Shown here: one piece after another, positions 62,233 through 64,000 of the stretch
How the letters are laid out: every line of letters begins with the position of its first letter
Numbering within the stretch: the first letter of the stretch is position 1
Source of the DNA: Dimorphilus gyrociliatus
Taxonomy: Eukaryota; Animalia; Annelida
DNA: 64,000 bases
Direction: 5' to 3'
Assembly: GCA_904063045.1 (NCBI GenBank)
Contig: CAJFCJ010000020.1
Location: 736,916-800,915 of the forward strand
Position numbers and translations under genes: made by a program
Notes under the pieces: model-generated
Told to the model about the DNA's origin: nothing
Seen by the model: the letters and a program-made list of their open reading frames with translations, nothing else
Database searches by the model: none

Positions 62233-63120
62233 ATGGGTTCATCGGATAAGCCATCTAGAAAAAGGAAACACAGAAAGTCGTCTAGCAGTTCCACGACAAC
62301 TTGCCTTAGAAAATGGATAAGAGATAATAATCTTACTCAATGCACTGGTCCAAGACCTTTGGATAGAATGCCCTTAAAAATTTGGCTGTAAGTAACAGAT
62401 TTCTTTATAGAACAATCAATTATTATTTTTCTTTTTATATTAAAAGAACCAAAGTATTAAACGAAAAAATTGTACCTGGTGTTGTATGGATTGATAAAAG
62501 TAAATTAAAGTTTCGTATACCTTGGAAGCATATGTCAAGATCGTCGTTTGACAAAGATCGAGATATGGAATTATTTAGGATGTATGCTCAACACAGTGGA
62601 AAGCAGGATAAAGATTGCAAACAATGGAAAACCAATTTCAGATGTGCTTTGAATTCACTAAGATCTATTGAACGAGTAAAAGATGAAGACCAAACAAATC
62701 AGGATGAAGCCTATAGGGTTTTCCGTTTCAAAGAACAAATAAGTAAGTAACTAACTACACTATTGTTATTAAAAATTTAACTATATATATATAAGCAATG
62801 TATATTGATACAAATACTTATTAATACGTTCTATAATAATATTTCGCATTACAGATTTCGAAGTCGAAACTGATTGCATAGAACATACTGAAAGTGCCAC
62901 TGACGGAGCAAGTTATCCGGTATCGCCCATCATAGACGAATGTGTGAATTCGTCTGATAACGAATCTGATGACTTTAGCAATGTTATTCTACCTGAAGGT
63001 TTCTCATTAAATTCCCCTATGGATAGTATAGATATACTATTTAGCTGTCAACATCAAGATGATCAAAATGAACAATCGTTATACACAATACCAGATTTCG
63101 ATTCGATTCTGGGCTGTTAA
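62233..63120 (+). CDS. IRF: Interferon regulatory factor family transcription factor (DNA-binding domain plus acidic tail), 3 exons
   Basis: RMPLKIW|L..VPGVVWIDK..FRIPWKH..KQWKTNFRCALNSL is the IRF tryptophan-repeat DNA-binding domain. Confidence 0.9.
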
Positions 63121-63546
63121 AATAAACATGAAATAGGTCAAAAACATTCTTTCATGTGATTTTAAATTGTACATAATAATTTTGCAATTGTTTTTTATTG
63201 AAATAGTACATATATTTTAAAGTTGTGTGTTTAAAGCTTACACTTACTTATACCTAGAAAGGTAGTTTTTTTTAATATTAAATAGTGTTCTGTTTTCATT
63301 TATTCGAATTCCAGTCCTTATTTATAATAAATATAGCATTGTAACATATGGTTCAATTAAAAAATTCGCTCTCAATTGTCACTGTTTATTGAACGGACAA
63401 GAAAACAATAAAAAGAAGTTTGTTTGCAAAATAATGCTCTTCGTTCTATTATTCATACCTTTCCCGAAAAGCCTTATGCGTAGGTCACAGAACGATATAA
63501 TGTGAATGTCAAATTGTTAACGTAACTCTGAAAGCATAATATTTAT

Positions 63547-64000
63547 TTATTCATTAGTTACTTTTCTAATATCTCTTTCTGAATCAAAGTAGCCCCTTTG
63601 TAAACTTAAAGATGGTACCAGCATATTCATTTGACTTATATATTCGTTAGCTTTTTTAATTTTTGCTGCATGCTTAATCTTTGCTAACTCCCAATTTTGT
63701 TTAGATATGTCGCCGTTTTGAAAATTTTCATATTCAAGCTTTAAAATTTTTAATGCATTTTTTCTAGTTGATACAGCTCGTTTCCTCATTTCAATCCAGT
63801 CAGCTGTCGCTTCATTTTTAATAAGAATTTCATTCATCTTAGCTGTCATGTGATCAACGTATGGAGACTCGTAACCGTACTTTAGGGGTTTTCCAGCTCC
63901 CTATAAATAAGTTTTTTTATTCATTCATATAACCATATGACTATGTATAACCTTCAGGTTTTTCATATCGGTTTGTTTGAGACTTTGTTCGACGAGACTG
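63547..64000 (-). CDS. 3' part of an unidentified gene (last two exons)
   Basis: Phase-0 junction SLKQTDMKNLK|GAGKPLKYGYESPYVDHMTAKM continues the 100-aa ORF to the stop at 63547. No motif recognised. Confidence 0.55.

Overview
AT-rich eukaryotic (animal) genomic DNA with about 21 protein-coding genes and mostly very short (about 50-70 nt) GT-AG introns. The gene set (nanos, canonical neurotrophin, fibulin-1/2, IRF, CEP290, 5-HT2 receptor) plus the compaction suggests a small-genome invertebrate bilaterian, possibly a spiralian such as a miniaturised annelid; this is inference only. Gene order: ankyrin-DHHC palmitoyltransferase (-, partial) carrying a same-strand intronless 5-HT2-like GPCR inside intron 1; nanos (-); separase (-); a 4.5 kb gene-free stretch; six-exon neurotrophin (-); CEP290 (-) with an antisense SOCS-box gene in one intron; PAIP1 (-); BRIX1 (+); METTL21A-like (-); SUB1/PC4 (+); erlin (-); SPSB3 (+); CPSF4-like (-); divergent GSK3 (-); VAMP7-like (+); an FSIP2-like/PLAT/ankyrin gene (-); fibulin (+); theta-like GST (+); IRF (+); unknown partial gene (-). 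I found no rRNA, tRNA, CRISPR array or recognisable transposon. The most interesting observations are the receptor-within-palmitoyltransferase nesting (a possible splicing versus intronic-polyadenylation switch and enzyme-substrate pair), the manually assembled neurotrophin with an extra cysteine pair, the nested SOCS-box gene, and the FSIP2-like/PLAT/ankyrin architecture. All gene models were assembled by eye and family calls come from remembered motifs, not database searches.
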